Origin: Octopus sinensis
Taxonomy: Eukaryota
Assembly (NCBI RefSeq): GCF_006345805.1
Contig: NC_043010.1
Span: 61,008,001 to 61,072,000, forward strand
Direction of reading: 5' to 3'
Length of the DNA: 64,000 bases
Position numbers and translations under genes: made by a program. How positions within the stretch are numbered: position 1 is the stretch's first letter; each line of letters begins with the position of its first letter. The notes below the pieces were generated by a model. That model did no database searches. It was not told the DNA's origin and saw only the letters and a program-made list of their open reading frames with translations. Positions 12,815 to 24,219 of the stretch are shown here, in pieces.

Positions 12815-13197
12815 GACAGGAGTGGCTGTGTGGGAAGAAGCTTGCTTCCCAACCACATGGTTCCGGGTTCAGTCCCACTGCATGGCACCTTGGGCAAATG
12901 TCTTCTGCTATAGCCTCTGGCTGACCAAAGCCTTACAAGTGGATTTGGTAGATGGAAACTGAAAGAAGCCCGTTATATATATATGTATGTAAGTGTTTGA
13001 TGTTTGTGTCTGTGTTTGTCCCCTCTTGCCAACCGATGTTGGAGTGTTTACGTCCCTGTCACTTAGCAGTTCGGCAAAAAAGAGACCGATAGAATAAGTA
13101 CTAGGCTTACAAAAAATAAGTCCTAGGGTCGATTTATTTGACTAAAAGCAGTGCTCCAGCATGACCACATTCAAACGACTGAAACGAGTAAAAGAGT
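12815..13197 (+). mobile_element. tRNA-headed SINE with internal (TA/TG)n (family B)
   Basis: Head GGAGTGGCTGTGTGG..GGTTCCGGGTTCAGTCCC, CORE-like GGCACCTTGGGCAA, tail GACTGAAACGAGTAAAAGAG. Other copies at ~27605-28000(-), 38537-38928(+), 48940-49545(-), 56585-56730(+), and a tail at 1-28. Confidence 0.85.
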
Positions 13198-13246
13198 ATT
13201 TCTAAATCCCACAATGAGAGATATTCAGCAACAGTACTTTGGAGTA

Positions 13247-13499
13247 AAGATTGTTTGCCAACATAACATGGCAGTCCTGGTTTAGGATGAATGTTGCTGT
13301 AATTTAGCCCCAGGAGACATCGTCTCCAGCTGGCTATATGACATGATCTGTGTCCTTATATTTTCTAGCACCCCCACTATTCAAAACAAAATCTGTGTAT
13401 CATGATTTTCAGGTTATTTCCAGGATGTCTCCTGGGGCTTAAATTACAGCAACATTCGTCCTAAACCAGGACTGCCATGTTGTGTTGGCAAACAATCTT
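13247..13499. mobile_element. MITE with ~75-bp terminal inverted repeats, TA-flanked
   Basis: AAGATTGTTTGCCAACATAACATGGCAGTCCTGG...CCAGGAGACATC is mirrored by GATGTCTCCTGG...CCAGGACTGCCATGTTGTGTTGGCAAACAATCTT. TA on both sides. Confidence 0.8.
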
Positions 13500-13727
13500 T
13501 ATGTCTTCTATATTTATATACAAAAAGACAGTAAAAAGGCATTAACATATTAATGTAGTGAGCCAAGATATTTTAATTAATTTAACTGCAGCCTTAATCA
13601 TTAGAAAAAAAATCATTATCTTAATAATTAATTGTAGTAAGTAGGCCTAGTCTATAATTAAATTAATTAGAATTAATTAGGAAAACAATGCAAGGAGGAA
13701 ATGTTTATCATTGGTAATGAGGTGACA

Positions 13728-13770
13728 ACTCTTAACATATTTCACTCTTGCTAGACCTCATCAGGAAAGT
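13728..13770 (-). ncRNA. Decayed type I hammerhead-like motif
   Basis: Minus strand: ACTTTC-CTGATGA-GGTCT-AGCA-AGAGT-GAAA-TAT-GTT-AAGAGT. Stem I pairs at 5 of 6 positions. Confidence 0.55.
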
Positions 13771-13957
13771 ATATTCTAATATTACTGCCAGATCTCAGAT
13801 GCCAAGAGAAGATATATTATGAGAGAAAGAGAGAGTGAGGGAGAGAGAAAGAGAGAGAGGAGGCTTTTATTGAATGGATGGTGAGTGATGTGGTAACATG
13901 AAAGAATAACTTCAAAAGTTTTCATGTGCACCACACACAAACACATATATATATATA

Positions 13958-14165
13958 GTTAATCCAAACAAGAAAACACAAGAAAACACAACAACGCGAG
14001 GACGTGGAACAAATATAGTATTATTGGACGCTCAAGAAAGAAGGGAAGAAGGAGGGTTTAACGTTTCGAGCGGAGCTCTTCGTCAGACACATAGGAGAAG
14101 GAAAGATCCAGAGAAGGGAAGACAGAGGAAAAAAAATCGCCAACGGTACACACGAGGTCACATAC
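13958..14165 (-). mobile_element. Short Penelope-type terminal fragment carrying a minimal hammerhead (14056-14090)
   Basis: Minus strand: GTGT-CTGACGA-A-GAGC-TCC-GCTC-GAAAC-GTT-AAAC. The 3' end abuts (TA)n, and the same terminus recurs at 29338-29388. Confidence 0.75.
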
Positions 14166-14436
14166 TCATGTATCTTATGTGTATATACATATATACATAG
14201 ATTGATAGATAGATATGAATACATATATACTTCTGTATATGCATGCGTCCGTGTGTGTGTGTGTGTGTGTGTGTAATAGTCGTAAATAAATGTCACGATA
14301 CAAGTTGTCATTTTTCCATTGTTCCATGGAACCATGTCCAGTTGTAAGGAAATATTAGAAAACCTGCCTCAATGAATTTCATCTGACCCATGCAAGTAGG
14401 TAAAAGTGAATGTTAAAATGATCGTGAGTATACATA

Positions 14437-14479
<43 letters not shown>

Positions 14480-15849
14480 TAAATGAAATAAAACATATGC
14501 ATATATATAAACATATATGTACGTACCTACCTCTACATGTACATATACACGCATATATGAGTACAGGACACCAAGGGGACGTCGAACACAAAGAGAAACG
14601 AAAACATAGACACAAACCAAAGGAACAGGACATTTTTTTTAAAAACAACAAAAAATGGAGTACAGGACAGTTAACACAACGAAAAAAAACCCTTCTTCAG
14701 TCGCTAAGGTTTCATCTACTCTACGTTTCGAAGGATAAAAGCGAGACGTATCTTCGACAAGAAACTTTCCTTCCTGCGAAAAGCAAATCAATTAAAATTC
14801 TGAGATATATATATATGGGTAACAACCTCCTCATAACATGCATATCAAAGCTCCTATACAGTTATTGGCTACCATTTGCCATCATACAGCAGGATTACTC
14901 CTTTTACTGGACATACATGCAAGACTACAAACCCCAAGATGGGGAGCAACAACATTATGCTAGAAGAATTAAGGAGTAGAGAGTAGTAAAACATGAGACA
15001 AAAGGGTCTGAGCAGAACGGGTTGGCTGCTGAAGAAGGGAAACATGACTATAGACATGTAGAAGAGAGGGTGTGCGTTGGTGGAGAGGCAAAGGGATAAA
15101 AAAAAATGTGGTGATGAGATATCAGGGGTACCAGAGTGAGTGGGGGAGTAGGGGATGTCTGATAGTGTAGAGCAGCAGAATAGTGTGTGTGTGTGTCTGT
15201 GTGTGTAGTTAGATATATACAGCAGTCTCTGCTTCAATTTGAACCTGGATTCTTTTTCCTATTAGAAGGTTTTAGCAAATAACAAATCGTTCAAATGTAA
15301 CCAATGACACCCAAATGACGCCCATCAAATTCTTGGACTGACAACGACCAAACATTGTTGACTGAAAATCAGTGAAGCATCAACTGATCTAAACTCAGCT
15401 TATAAAATGCGTAGCAAGGAATAAGCAAATGGGAAGAAGAATAGGGTCACAAATGGAGCTGGACAAACAGACAGACACAGAGATGCACTCATGCATTAAG
15501 TTAACTTCAATATCAGTTGTTTTCCAGCAATTAAATGGGTCAGCCTAGACATTATGCAATACCTTATGTCCAAACAAAGCTGATCACAAGATTCTCTTAT
15601 AGAATCAGGCCACAAGGTTAATCTAATTCTTCTGACCTTATTTTGTAATTTTCTTCCTGGGAACAGCCATGTTCCATTTTCACTTTTTATGAATAAAACA
15701 GATGAACTTAAACAACAAACTGCTTTTGTTTTCCTATGGAGCTGTTCATTTTTGTTAAATCAATTCTTTTCTCAATCATACATGGAGATACACATACATA
15801 TACATATTCATACACACACCCATATATGTACATACGTATACATAATATT

Positions 15850-16540
15850 GACAGGAAGTCTTGTGGTATCTTTTGAACTTATTAATAATACGTTACATTG
15901 AAATCGAGAGGTTAAGTTTCGGGGTTTCAAGAGCAGGTGATAGCTACAAAACACATATTGAACACAAAAAGGGACAGCAAGAGCCTTCAACCCCTTCCCC
16001 AGAAGCAACTGGAAATGTCGATTACATCCCATTTCAGTGGAAGATAATACACATGTGACCATCAGCTACCCCCAAAAATGACATTAAGGTAATACCTTCC
16101 AATACATCATCATCATGTTGTTAATACCTTGATGTTGGAAAACTGTCCCCCACCTTCGATGGACAAATACAAAAGCTATTTCTGGCATGGAGTACATACA
16201 TTCATTTCAAGATAACAAATTTTGGAGGGACATTCCCCTCTAAACATAACAGGCTTCTCATATTGTTTGGGTCAGAAAAGAACAATTATGTGTTATTATA
16301 CAAGACATTTGCCCTACAGATACGAACATTTTTTCTCAATCAGGGAGAAAGAGAGCATTTATGGAGAACTGCATCAAAAACTACAGCTCCCTACCCAGGT
16401 CATCAATTTACATTTCCATCTGCAATTATTGGTGCAGTTGGTTATCTTACTAAATGTCTATGTGGTAAAATTGAAAAGCTGAGCTTTGCAGACAAAGACT
16501 GTGAACCACCAGTGCAGTCATTGCCATATTGTACCTGATT
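15850..16540 (+). mobile_element. Decayed restriction-like-endonuclease non-LTR retrotransposon (R4/Dong-like) C-terminus
   Basis: Frameshifted motifs in the expected order: ..QEQVIATK.., EDNTHVTISYP.KM..YLP.HH..V (CCHC knuckle remnant), HNR, EKESIYGEL..YPG.QFTF..IIGAVG.L..L..IEKL. Confidence 0.65.
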
Positions 16541-16658
16541 GATCAGTTCAGGTGTGAGATTGATGCTGGCCTGCAACCTTCTGTGGTTAATCTCACTTCT
16601 GCTCACTCTCCATTCCTTTCTGCATAGCTGTATGGTTACACAGATGATGAAAGATATT

Positions 16659-16874
16659 CTTTTCTACTCCAGGTACAAGGCCTGAAATTTTGGGCGAGGG
16701 AGCCAGTTGGTTAGATCAACCCCAGTACACAACTGGTACTTAATTTATCAACCCCAAAAGGACGAAAGGCAAAGTCGACTTCAGTGGAATTTGAACTCAG
16801 AATGTAAAGACAGACGAAATACTGTTAAGCATTTCGCCTGGCATGTGCTAACATTTCTGCCAGTTTGCCGCTCT
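16659..16874 (-). mobile_element. Family-M SINE with 16-bp TSD
   Basis: GATGATGAAAGATATT at 16643-16658 and 16875-16890. Confidence 0.9.
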
Positions 16875-17054
16875 GATGATGAAAGATATTAAACAAGAGA
16901 AGCCTTGCCTAATTTTTTTTTCACTAAAGGGCTAACTCTTTAGGGAATTCAGGTGAGCAACCAATCCCTCTGAGAATATTCCACAAATATTCTGTTGACA
17001 ATGTCTCAAAACACTAAGATACATCCCCAAAAGACCCCCAAATACAATAAACAG

Positions 17055-17620
17055 CTTCTAGTTAAAATCATGGACTGGTCTGTCTCACATTTGGCTCCCA
17101 TCACTGCATGAAGGAGGAGAGCATCTTTCAGGTCAGCTCACCTGACCATGATGTCATCAATAAGATGTGGGATGCATCGATGGGGTTAGTGCTTGGTTGT
17201 TGGATGTGTCCAGGGGGTCTAGTGATGGTCCTTCTGCAGGGAAATGATGTTTGTTAAAGTGAAATTGAACTCTACACACAGAGAAAGAAGTATGATGTCA
17301 TTGCTGATAGTTTTTCCAGTGCCATGGTCCCTGATCCCTTGTTCTCAGGGGTTTAAAAAAAAAAAATTATTCCTCCCTACTCTCACATTGAAATCATTCA
17401 TTATGACAACTTTGTCTTGTTTAGGTATTTCAGTCAGTTCTGCCTGGTCTAATATCTGATAGCAATGGTCTTTCTTCTGACTATCAGCTCACCATGTTGC
17501 TACACAGACACTCAATATTGTAATACGACAGACAATCTGAAATCCCTTTTGTCTGATGAATCCTTCTTGACTTTACTCCCTAATTTTGTCAGTTATGTTA
17601 CTGCTGTCCCTTGCCCTACC
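17055..17620 (-). mobile_element. RTE/BovB-type LINE APE endonuclease fossil
   Basis: ..EIPKQDKVVIMNDFNVRVGR..DHGTGK..SN..LL and HLIDDIMVR.ADLKD..AVMGAKCETDQ, matching GDFNARVG and IDY..GA.C.TDH. Confidence 0.7.
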
Positions 17621-17959
17621 ATACTCCTCCATATCACTTTAAAAAATAAAATGCTCTCAAAAGGATACTTTTGATATTATTAGCATAAAAATATTAAAAC
17701 CAAATTTGATGAAATTATAAGATGGGTAAAAATTGGAAAAAAGCAAATCAAATATCAATCAATTTTTTTTAAAAAGGGCAAAGGGCAACGTTTTGGAATC
17801 TGATATTTAATTAAGCATATCTTGAATTTTCAAAATTAATTAACCTTTGGCTGTTACTATGTGCCCTTTTTTCACAAAATTACATTTGTGGAAAACACTT
17901 GTAAAATTTGAAAAAATTTTGCCAGGGATAAATTTCCCAACATCAACAAAATTCATGTA

Positions 17960-19235
17960 TCAGGTCATCCAATAAATAATGTTTTTTTAATACTTCTTTT
18001 GTTTTTCAAAATTAAGAGAAACAAGGTTCATTTTTAAATCTAAAATATACTCTCCTTAATTTTCGGCAATGCTCTTCCATCTATCTGGTAGACTTGCAAG
18101 GCTCTTCTTCCAAAATTCACTTGCCCGTCATGAAAAATATTCCTTCAATGCTGTTCTGACCTCATCTACATAATTCATACTTTTTCCATCCAAATGATTT
18201 TGAAGACTGCGGAATGAATGATAATCAGATGGAGCAATGCCCTGCGAATATGGTGCATGGACCATCGTTTCCCATTCAAGCTGCTCCAGCCTTTGGAATG
18301 TCATCTTCACTTTATGTGGCTGAGCATTATCCTGATGGAAGAACACCTCTTGTCTTGTAACCAAAGATGGTTGTTTTACTTCTAACGCTGACTTAAGCTG
18401 CTCACAGTTGATCTCCTTCATTATCGTTTAGTTTGGGTTTAAAAGTTCAAAGTGGACTAAACCTTTCATATCCCACCAAACACATAACAACACCTTACGT
18501 GAGTGAAGACCTTCTTTAGCCTGGGGTGCCGGTGTTTCTCCTTTCCCTGCTCACTGTCTTTGGCGCTTGACATTTTTATAGAGAACCTATTTCTTGTCAC
18601 CAGTCACTATTCGGTCCAAATGAATTTCATTCGTGAGATGTGACAGCAAAGAAGAGCACACATTCACTCTCTGTGCGCGATTAGACTCAGAAAGTTTGTG
18701 AGGAACCCATTGACCTAATTTGCTGACTTTTCCGATGGCACAAGTGTTGATGAATGGTTGAATGACCAAATACAAGCTTCTCTGCTAGTTCCTCAACAAT
18801 TACCATGGGATTTTGTTCCACCAGGGTTTGCAGGACATCTTTCTCAAGTTCTACAGATCTTCCAGGATGAGGCTAATCTTCTAGGCTGTAATTTCCAGCT
18901 TGGAATTTCTGGAACCACCATTGACCCTGGCTCATGCCTATTGTCCAATCCCCATATACTACATTAATGTTCCTCACACTTTTTATTGTGTTGTTGCCTT
19001 TATTGAACTCATAAAGCAAAATATGCCGAATATGCTCCTTTGTCACTTCCAATATAGTTTTGAAAGACTAACTGTTAAAATCGAACTGCACTCTTCAAAA
19101 CTTGCACTAAGAATAAGTACAAGGTAAAATTACTACCTGCTTTTATAGCAAATTGATGCAGGTAGTTTATCCCGTCCCCCTCCGACTTTTAGTTCATGCA
19201 ATTGAAAAAACTGCATTATTTATGGGATGACCCAA
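17960..19235 (-). mobile_element. Full-length inactive mariner (DD34D-type) transposon
   Basis: TIRs TCAGGTCATCCAATAAATAATG / CATTATTTATGGGATGACCCAA, length ~1.28 kb. Broken transposase retains WVPHKL, RIVTGDKK, HQDNAQPH and PYSQGIAPSDYHSFRSLQN. Confidence 0.93.
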
Positions 19236-19572
19236 GACTTGATATTCTTTCTGTAGTTGTAAAATCACCTGAATTTTGATAAAATCCATATTTTAGCCCC
19301 TTTTCTTCACTTGGATACAAAATAATATTTTCAAACCAGTTTTATTCATTTTGGTGATTTTTGACGGGTAAAATCTTGACCCTGTTCAAACACCATTTAT
19401 TTGGACCCACGTCCCAAATTCAAAATGTCGTAAAATTCCTTAAAAATCAAGCTTTTCATCAACTCTTTTTCATGTTAAATCAGACATTTATTGTAGTTTC
19501 CAGAAATTACAACAAAACATGCATTTGGGCACCTTCAGTTTTTTAAAATGTCCAGCCCTGGGTCCACTGTGA

Positions 19573-19747
19573 ATGGTATACAATGTAAGTGGTATGGTGG
19601 TATGTACAATTTACAGTGGTATATCAGTGGTATGTACAATGTACAGTGATATGCTGATGGTATGTATAACATACGGCAGTATGGCTGAGGTAGATGGTAG
19701 TGTACACCGTGCAGTGGTATGGTGATGGTATGTACAACATACAATGA
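19573..19747. repeat. ~30-bp degenerate minisatellite
   Basis: About five TGGTATGTACAA..TACAGTG.TAT units. Confidence 0.7.
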
Positions 19748-19879
19748 CACTGAACTGATTAGAAAATGGAAGAGCCAGGAAATTGATTATTGATTTGTAT
19801 AAATTATTGTTTGAATGGTAAAACAGTGTGGAATATTCTCACAGCTTATCATCAATGACGACATTGTGGCTACAGTTGG

Positions 19880-21205
19880 GCTGTGTCTGTGTGTGTGGTG
19901 CTCAGTGTGTGTGTGTGTGTGTGTGTTGTATATATGTGTGTACGTGTATTGTACACAAGTGTGTGTGTAGTGCTTAGTGTGTATGTGAGTGTGTGTGTAT
20001 GTGTGTTGTACACAAGTGTGTGTGTGGTGTGTGTAGTGCTTAGTGTGTGTGCATGTGTATGTGTGTTGTATATGTGTGTGTACGTGTGTTCTATACAAGT
20101 GTGTGTGAGTGGTATGTGTAGTGCTTAGTGTGTGAGTGTATGCAAATGTATGTGTTCTATACAAGTGTGTGTGTGTGTGGTGTGTGTATGTGTGTGTTGT
20201 ATACATGTGTGTATATATGTGTGTGTTCTATACAAATGTGCATATGTGTGTGGTGATATGTCTGCTGCTTAGTGAATGTGTGGTAGTGTGTGTGTGTTGT
20301 ATACATGTGTATACATATATGTGTGTGTGTGTGTGTGTTAGAATTCTACTCCTCCCGCCTTCCCCTCCCACTACCCTGTTTGACATAACTACAACCATCA
20401 ACCACCATGCCAGTGGTCACACGATCTGCAAGAAACAGCAGCTAAACTTCCCTCAAATCACACCTCACTTTCTTACAAGTGCAGAAGCACAGTGGTCATG
20501 GATATACACTGCTACCTGAGATGTAAGACAGGATGGTCATGGCTTGAACTGCTTTGATCACAGTTTTACTGGAGTGGGGGAGCACTGACCTGGGGCTAAA
20601 CAACACCCACCCCAGCCATTACCTAGTGTAATCACCACCACATTCTACTACAACAGTCACCCACCACCACCGCCACTAAACCACAACATCACCACCACCA
20701 CCACCACCACCTCTAATACTACAACTACTATCTCCACAACTATCTCCAAACCTACTACAGCCAAACCACAATCACAACCACCACCACCAACTACAACAAC
20801 CTCTCTACCACCACCACCAACTACAACAACCTCTACCACCACCACCACCACCGCCGCCGCCGCCGCCGCCGCCGCCATATCCAATGAGGGGAGATATTAA
20901 AATGTAGTTGATATAGCTGAGAGCGTTTTGAAAAATTCTGAATGTTTCTATTGATTTTTGTGATTGTAATTAGAATAGGGAGGGGGAGGGGGAGATGAGG
21001 AAAAGTGAGTGTGTGTGTGTATTACTGTGTGTGTGTGTGTGTGTGTGTGGAGAGAGGTCGATGTGTGTATGTGTGTACGAAGGGGCTGATATATCTGTTA
21101 CTATGTGTAAGGTGTGTGTGTGTGTGTCTGTGTGTTTGTGTATATATATTACTGTGTGTATGTGTAGAGAGGTTGCTGTATGTGTGCATATGTATGCGTT
21201 CATGT

Positions 21206-21245
<40 letters not shown>

Positions 21246-21462
21246 AAGAGGTTGAGGAGTCTGTCACCGTATGCGTGTGCGTGTTTCTTGGTGTGTGTGT
21301 GTGTGTAAAGAGGTTGCTATGTATATATTTGTTCCTGTGTGAAACGGAAATATGATGTATGAGAGGGGGGGAGGGAGAGAGAAGGAGAGAGGGAGAGGTG
21401 GAGAGAGGGAGAGAGAGAGAGAGAAGGAAAGAGACTGAGGTGCGTGTGCATGTGTCTACTAC

Positions 21463-21498
<36 letters not shown>

Positions 21499-21573
21499 AC
21501 CTTAAATGTGTATGTGCTATGATACACACACACACATACTCACATACCAATTAGAATGTGAAATGGGGAGGGA

Positions 21574-21606
<33 letters not shown>

Positions 21607-22131
21607 CTGTGTGTGTGCATGCTATATATATTATAAACATGCGCATAGCAATTAAAGAGCATGTGTAGGAGAAGGATCCATGTTTGTGTAAGTGTGTATG
21701 CCTCTCTGTGTGTGTGTTACTGTGAGTGTGTATTAGTGTGTATGTGTGTGTGTGTGTGTGTGTGTAAGAGTCTGTGGAGGATCAGGATAGACATGTGTTA
21801 CTGTGAGTGTGTGAGAGTGTATGTACACACAAAATGTATTATAAACACCCACTTGGCAATTAATCTGTCATAAGAAGTACAAGAGGGAAGGAACCAGTGT
21901 GTAGCTGTACACACCTGATATACTACACATGCACACACAAACACACACACATTTAGTTTTTACAAAAAGGAGAACGAACTCAATACAGAAATCAGAGTGT
22001 GTGTGTGCATATATATATATTATTACTATTATTACTATTATTATTACTTTTATTATTATTATTATGAGCTGAGAATAACATTTTCAGTTAATCAATAAAT
22101 TTATATACACAAATACAAACTACATACACAT

Positions 22132-22185
<54 letters not shown>

Positions 22186-22280
22186 GGATGGATGGATGGA
22201 TGGATGGATGGATGGATGGATGGATGGATGGATGGATGGATGGATGGATGGATGGATGGATGGATGGATGGATGGATTAG
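19880..22280. repeat. Low-complexity field: (TG)n, (CCA/CCG)n, (GA)n, (TAGA)n followed by (TGGA)n
   Basis: Read directly. It explains the spurious Cys/Val/His/Thr and MDGW ORFs. Confidence 0.9.
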
Positions 22281-22864
22281 AGAGAAGTGGAAAAAGAGGA
22301 AATCACTTGTATTTAATCATGTGCATATATGTTTATACAATATGTATGTATGTACGTATTTATGTATGTATGTATATATGTTGGTATGAATGTATGTTTG
22401 TGTGTATGAACATGACATAAAGGCATTGTTATGTACAGAATGCCTATGAAATTTCTTTCACTGAATTATTTAGAGTAGAAGTTATTAGAATTATTTAACC
22501 ATTAATACATAAACTTACAAAACCACACTGACAGAAGCACATACACTCATACACACACACACATGGATAATATGTACATATATCAACATATACACACACA
22601 TGGCTGATGGGGGGGGGGTGAACAATGAACATGTATGGACATATACACATTCAGGGATACTATGAACATGTAGACATATACACACACATAAATGCTTATA
22701 CATATAAATGTGAGCAATATGGATGAGATAAAACTGTAGGTGAGCATGAATATATTCCTGATATACCTAAATAAGTGTACTGTTACACTTTTGTTTATCA
22801 TCAGTATCTCACTGTCTGTATGTATGTATGTATGTATATACATATGCATGCATGCATGTACATA

Positions 22865-23030
22865 GTTCAAATTTACAGAAAACAAAAGACGAAGACAGGT
22901 GTAGGAACAACAAGCAGGTGTATTAGTTTGACACTCAGGAACAAGAATGGAAAAAGTGTTTTACGTTTCGAGCCTATGCTCTTCAACAGAAAGGATCAAG
23001 AGGGAAAAAAACGGAGAGAGAATGAAAAAA
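22865..23030 (-). mobile_element. Short Penelope-type element with variant hammerhead (22958-22993)
   Basis: Minus strand: CTTT-CTGTTGA-A-GAGC-ATAG-GCTC-GAAAC-GTA-AAAC. Homologous to 29130-29282 and 49152-49350. Confidence 0.75.
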
Positions 23031-23276
23031 ATGCCTACAAAGTCAGAAAACAATACAGCTCCCATGACTTTCGGAAACATTTTTTCACGCTCAGAGTTGC
23101 TGAAGCATGGAATAAACTGCCTGCGTCAGTTGTTGACTGCCATGACACTGCATCTTTTAAGGCCCTCATGCTTTCCGAAATCCGCCGAAACTACACCTGA
23201 TTATATACACACTTTAGATGAGTTGTAGTGCACCTGAGCACTGTACACAATTATTATTATTATTATTATTATTATT
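23031..23276 (+). mobile_element. CR1-clade LINE 3' end with (TTA)n tail
   Basis: AYKVRKQ..FRKHFFTLRVAEAWNKLPASVV..TASFK matches the CR1 FF..RV...WN.LP motif. Stop at 23200, short UTR, then (ATT)n. Confidence 0.85.
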
Positions 23277-23429
23277 AAAATAGAAAGAAAAAAAAGTGTG
23301 CAGGGTTCAATGGTCCAACATGGCAAGATATTGGTGTTAATGTTTGTTTTTATGTTCAGTTGTAATAAAAACAATTTCACATTAATCTAATGGCTCCCTC
23401 TATACTTTTGTAGAGCACAAATTTATTAT

Positions 23430-23539
23430 TCTTAAACAAGACTATTATTGACAGTTTCAGCCAGTTAAGCCATTATCAGACTGCCAATGGCTTAACTGGC
23501 CGAAACTTCAAAGTCACTGTCAACAATATATTTGTTTAA
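23430..23539. repeat. Fold-back palindrome of a hammerhead-bearing element
   Basis: GTTTCAGCCAGTTAAGCCATT pairs with AATGGCTTAACTGGCCGAAAC. Outer arms are TTAAACAA..TATTGACAGT and ACTGTCAACA..TTGTTTAA. Confidence 0.8.
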
Positions 23540-23759
23540 CCCTTTCGTTACTGTATTTATTTTGAGATGATCTGTGTTTCTTTTAATTACTTTAAATATA
23601 GCAAAGAATTTAGCAAAATAACTTAGTTATCATTCAGCTGGTTTTAGGAACATAAATTGCGACCAAGGTTTGGTGGAAGATTTTAATTCAAAACTTATGA
23701 AAACAAGACATTTGTACTCAGAGCCAGAGCTGGTTTCAGCCAGGTTGGTATCAAAAGGG
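23540..23759. mobile_element. piggyBac-type MITE
   Basis: TTAA|CCCTTTCGTTAC...GTATCAAAAGGG|TTAA, inserted in the terminal TTAA of the adjacent palindrome. Confidence 0.85.
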
Positions 23760-23782
23760 TTAAGAGTATGTATGTGTATATG

Positions 23783-23840
<58 letters not shown>

Positions 23841-24174
23841 CGTATGTATGTAATGCATGTATGTATACATACAGAGGAAGAGAGATAGAGATACAGACAA
23901 GTTTGAGGATCAAACAGAGAGAAAAAGAAGTCAGTAGAAGAGAGTGTGCGTACACACACACACACACACACACATGTATGTATATATTATCTGAATAAAT
24001 ACAAAACTGACTCAAGGACTGAGAATTTCATGCTTGTATATATCTGTGCACGTGTGCCATACATACAGCTGTACCATGTAAATAGCACATAACCAGTTTA
24101 GCTGAGTCCAGTTTGTAAAGACAATCAAAAGCAATGAGATACTTACCTCTCTATTAACAGACGATGGCTCTATA

Positions 24175-24219
24175 TAATCTCTGATGAGGGTCTAAACAGA
24201 CTAGAAACTAGACAGATTA
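24175..24219 (+). ncRNA. Minimal type I hammerhead-like motif with mutated cleavage triplet
   Basis: TAATCT-CTGATGA-G-GGTCT-AAAC-AGACT-A-GAAAC-TA-GAC-AGATTA. Stem I is a perfect 6 bp, but GAC stands where GTC is expected. Confidence 0.65.

Noticed and set aside
14830-15240. Second Penelope-like ORF fragment
   Set aside because: The composition resembles 49790-50725 but no diagnostic motif could be read.
24139-24148. U1 snRNA 5' end (ATACTTACCT)
   Set aside because: The match stops after 10 nt and is better read as a minus-strand splice donor.
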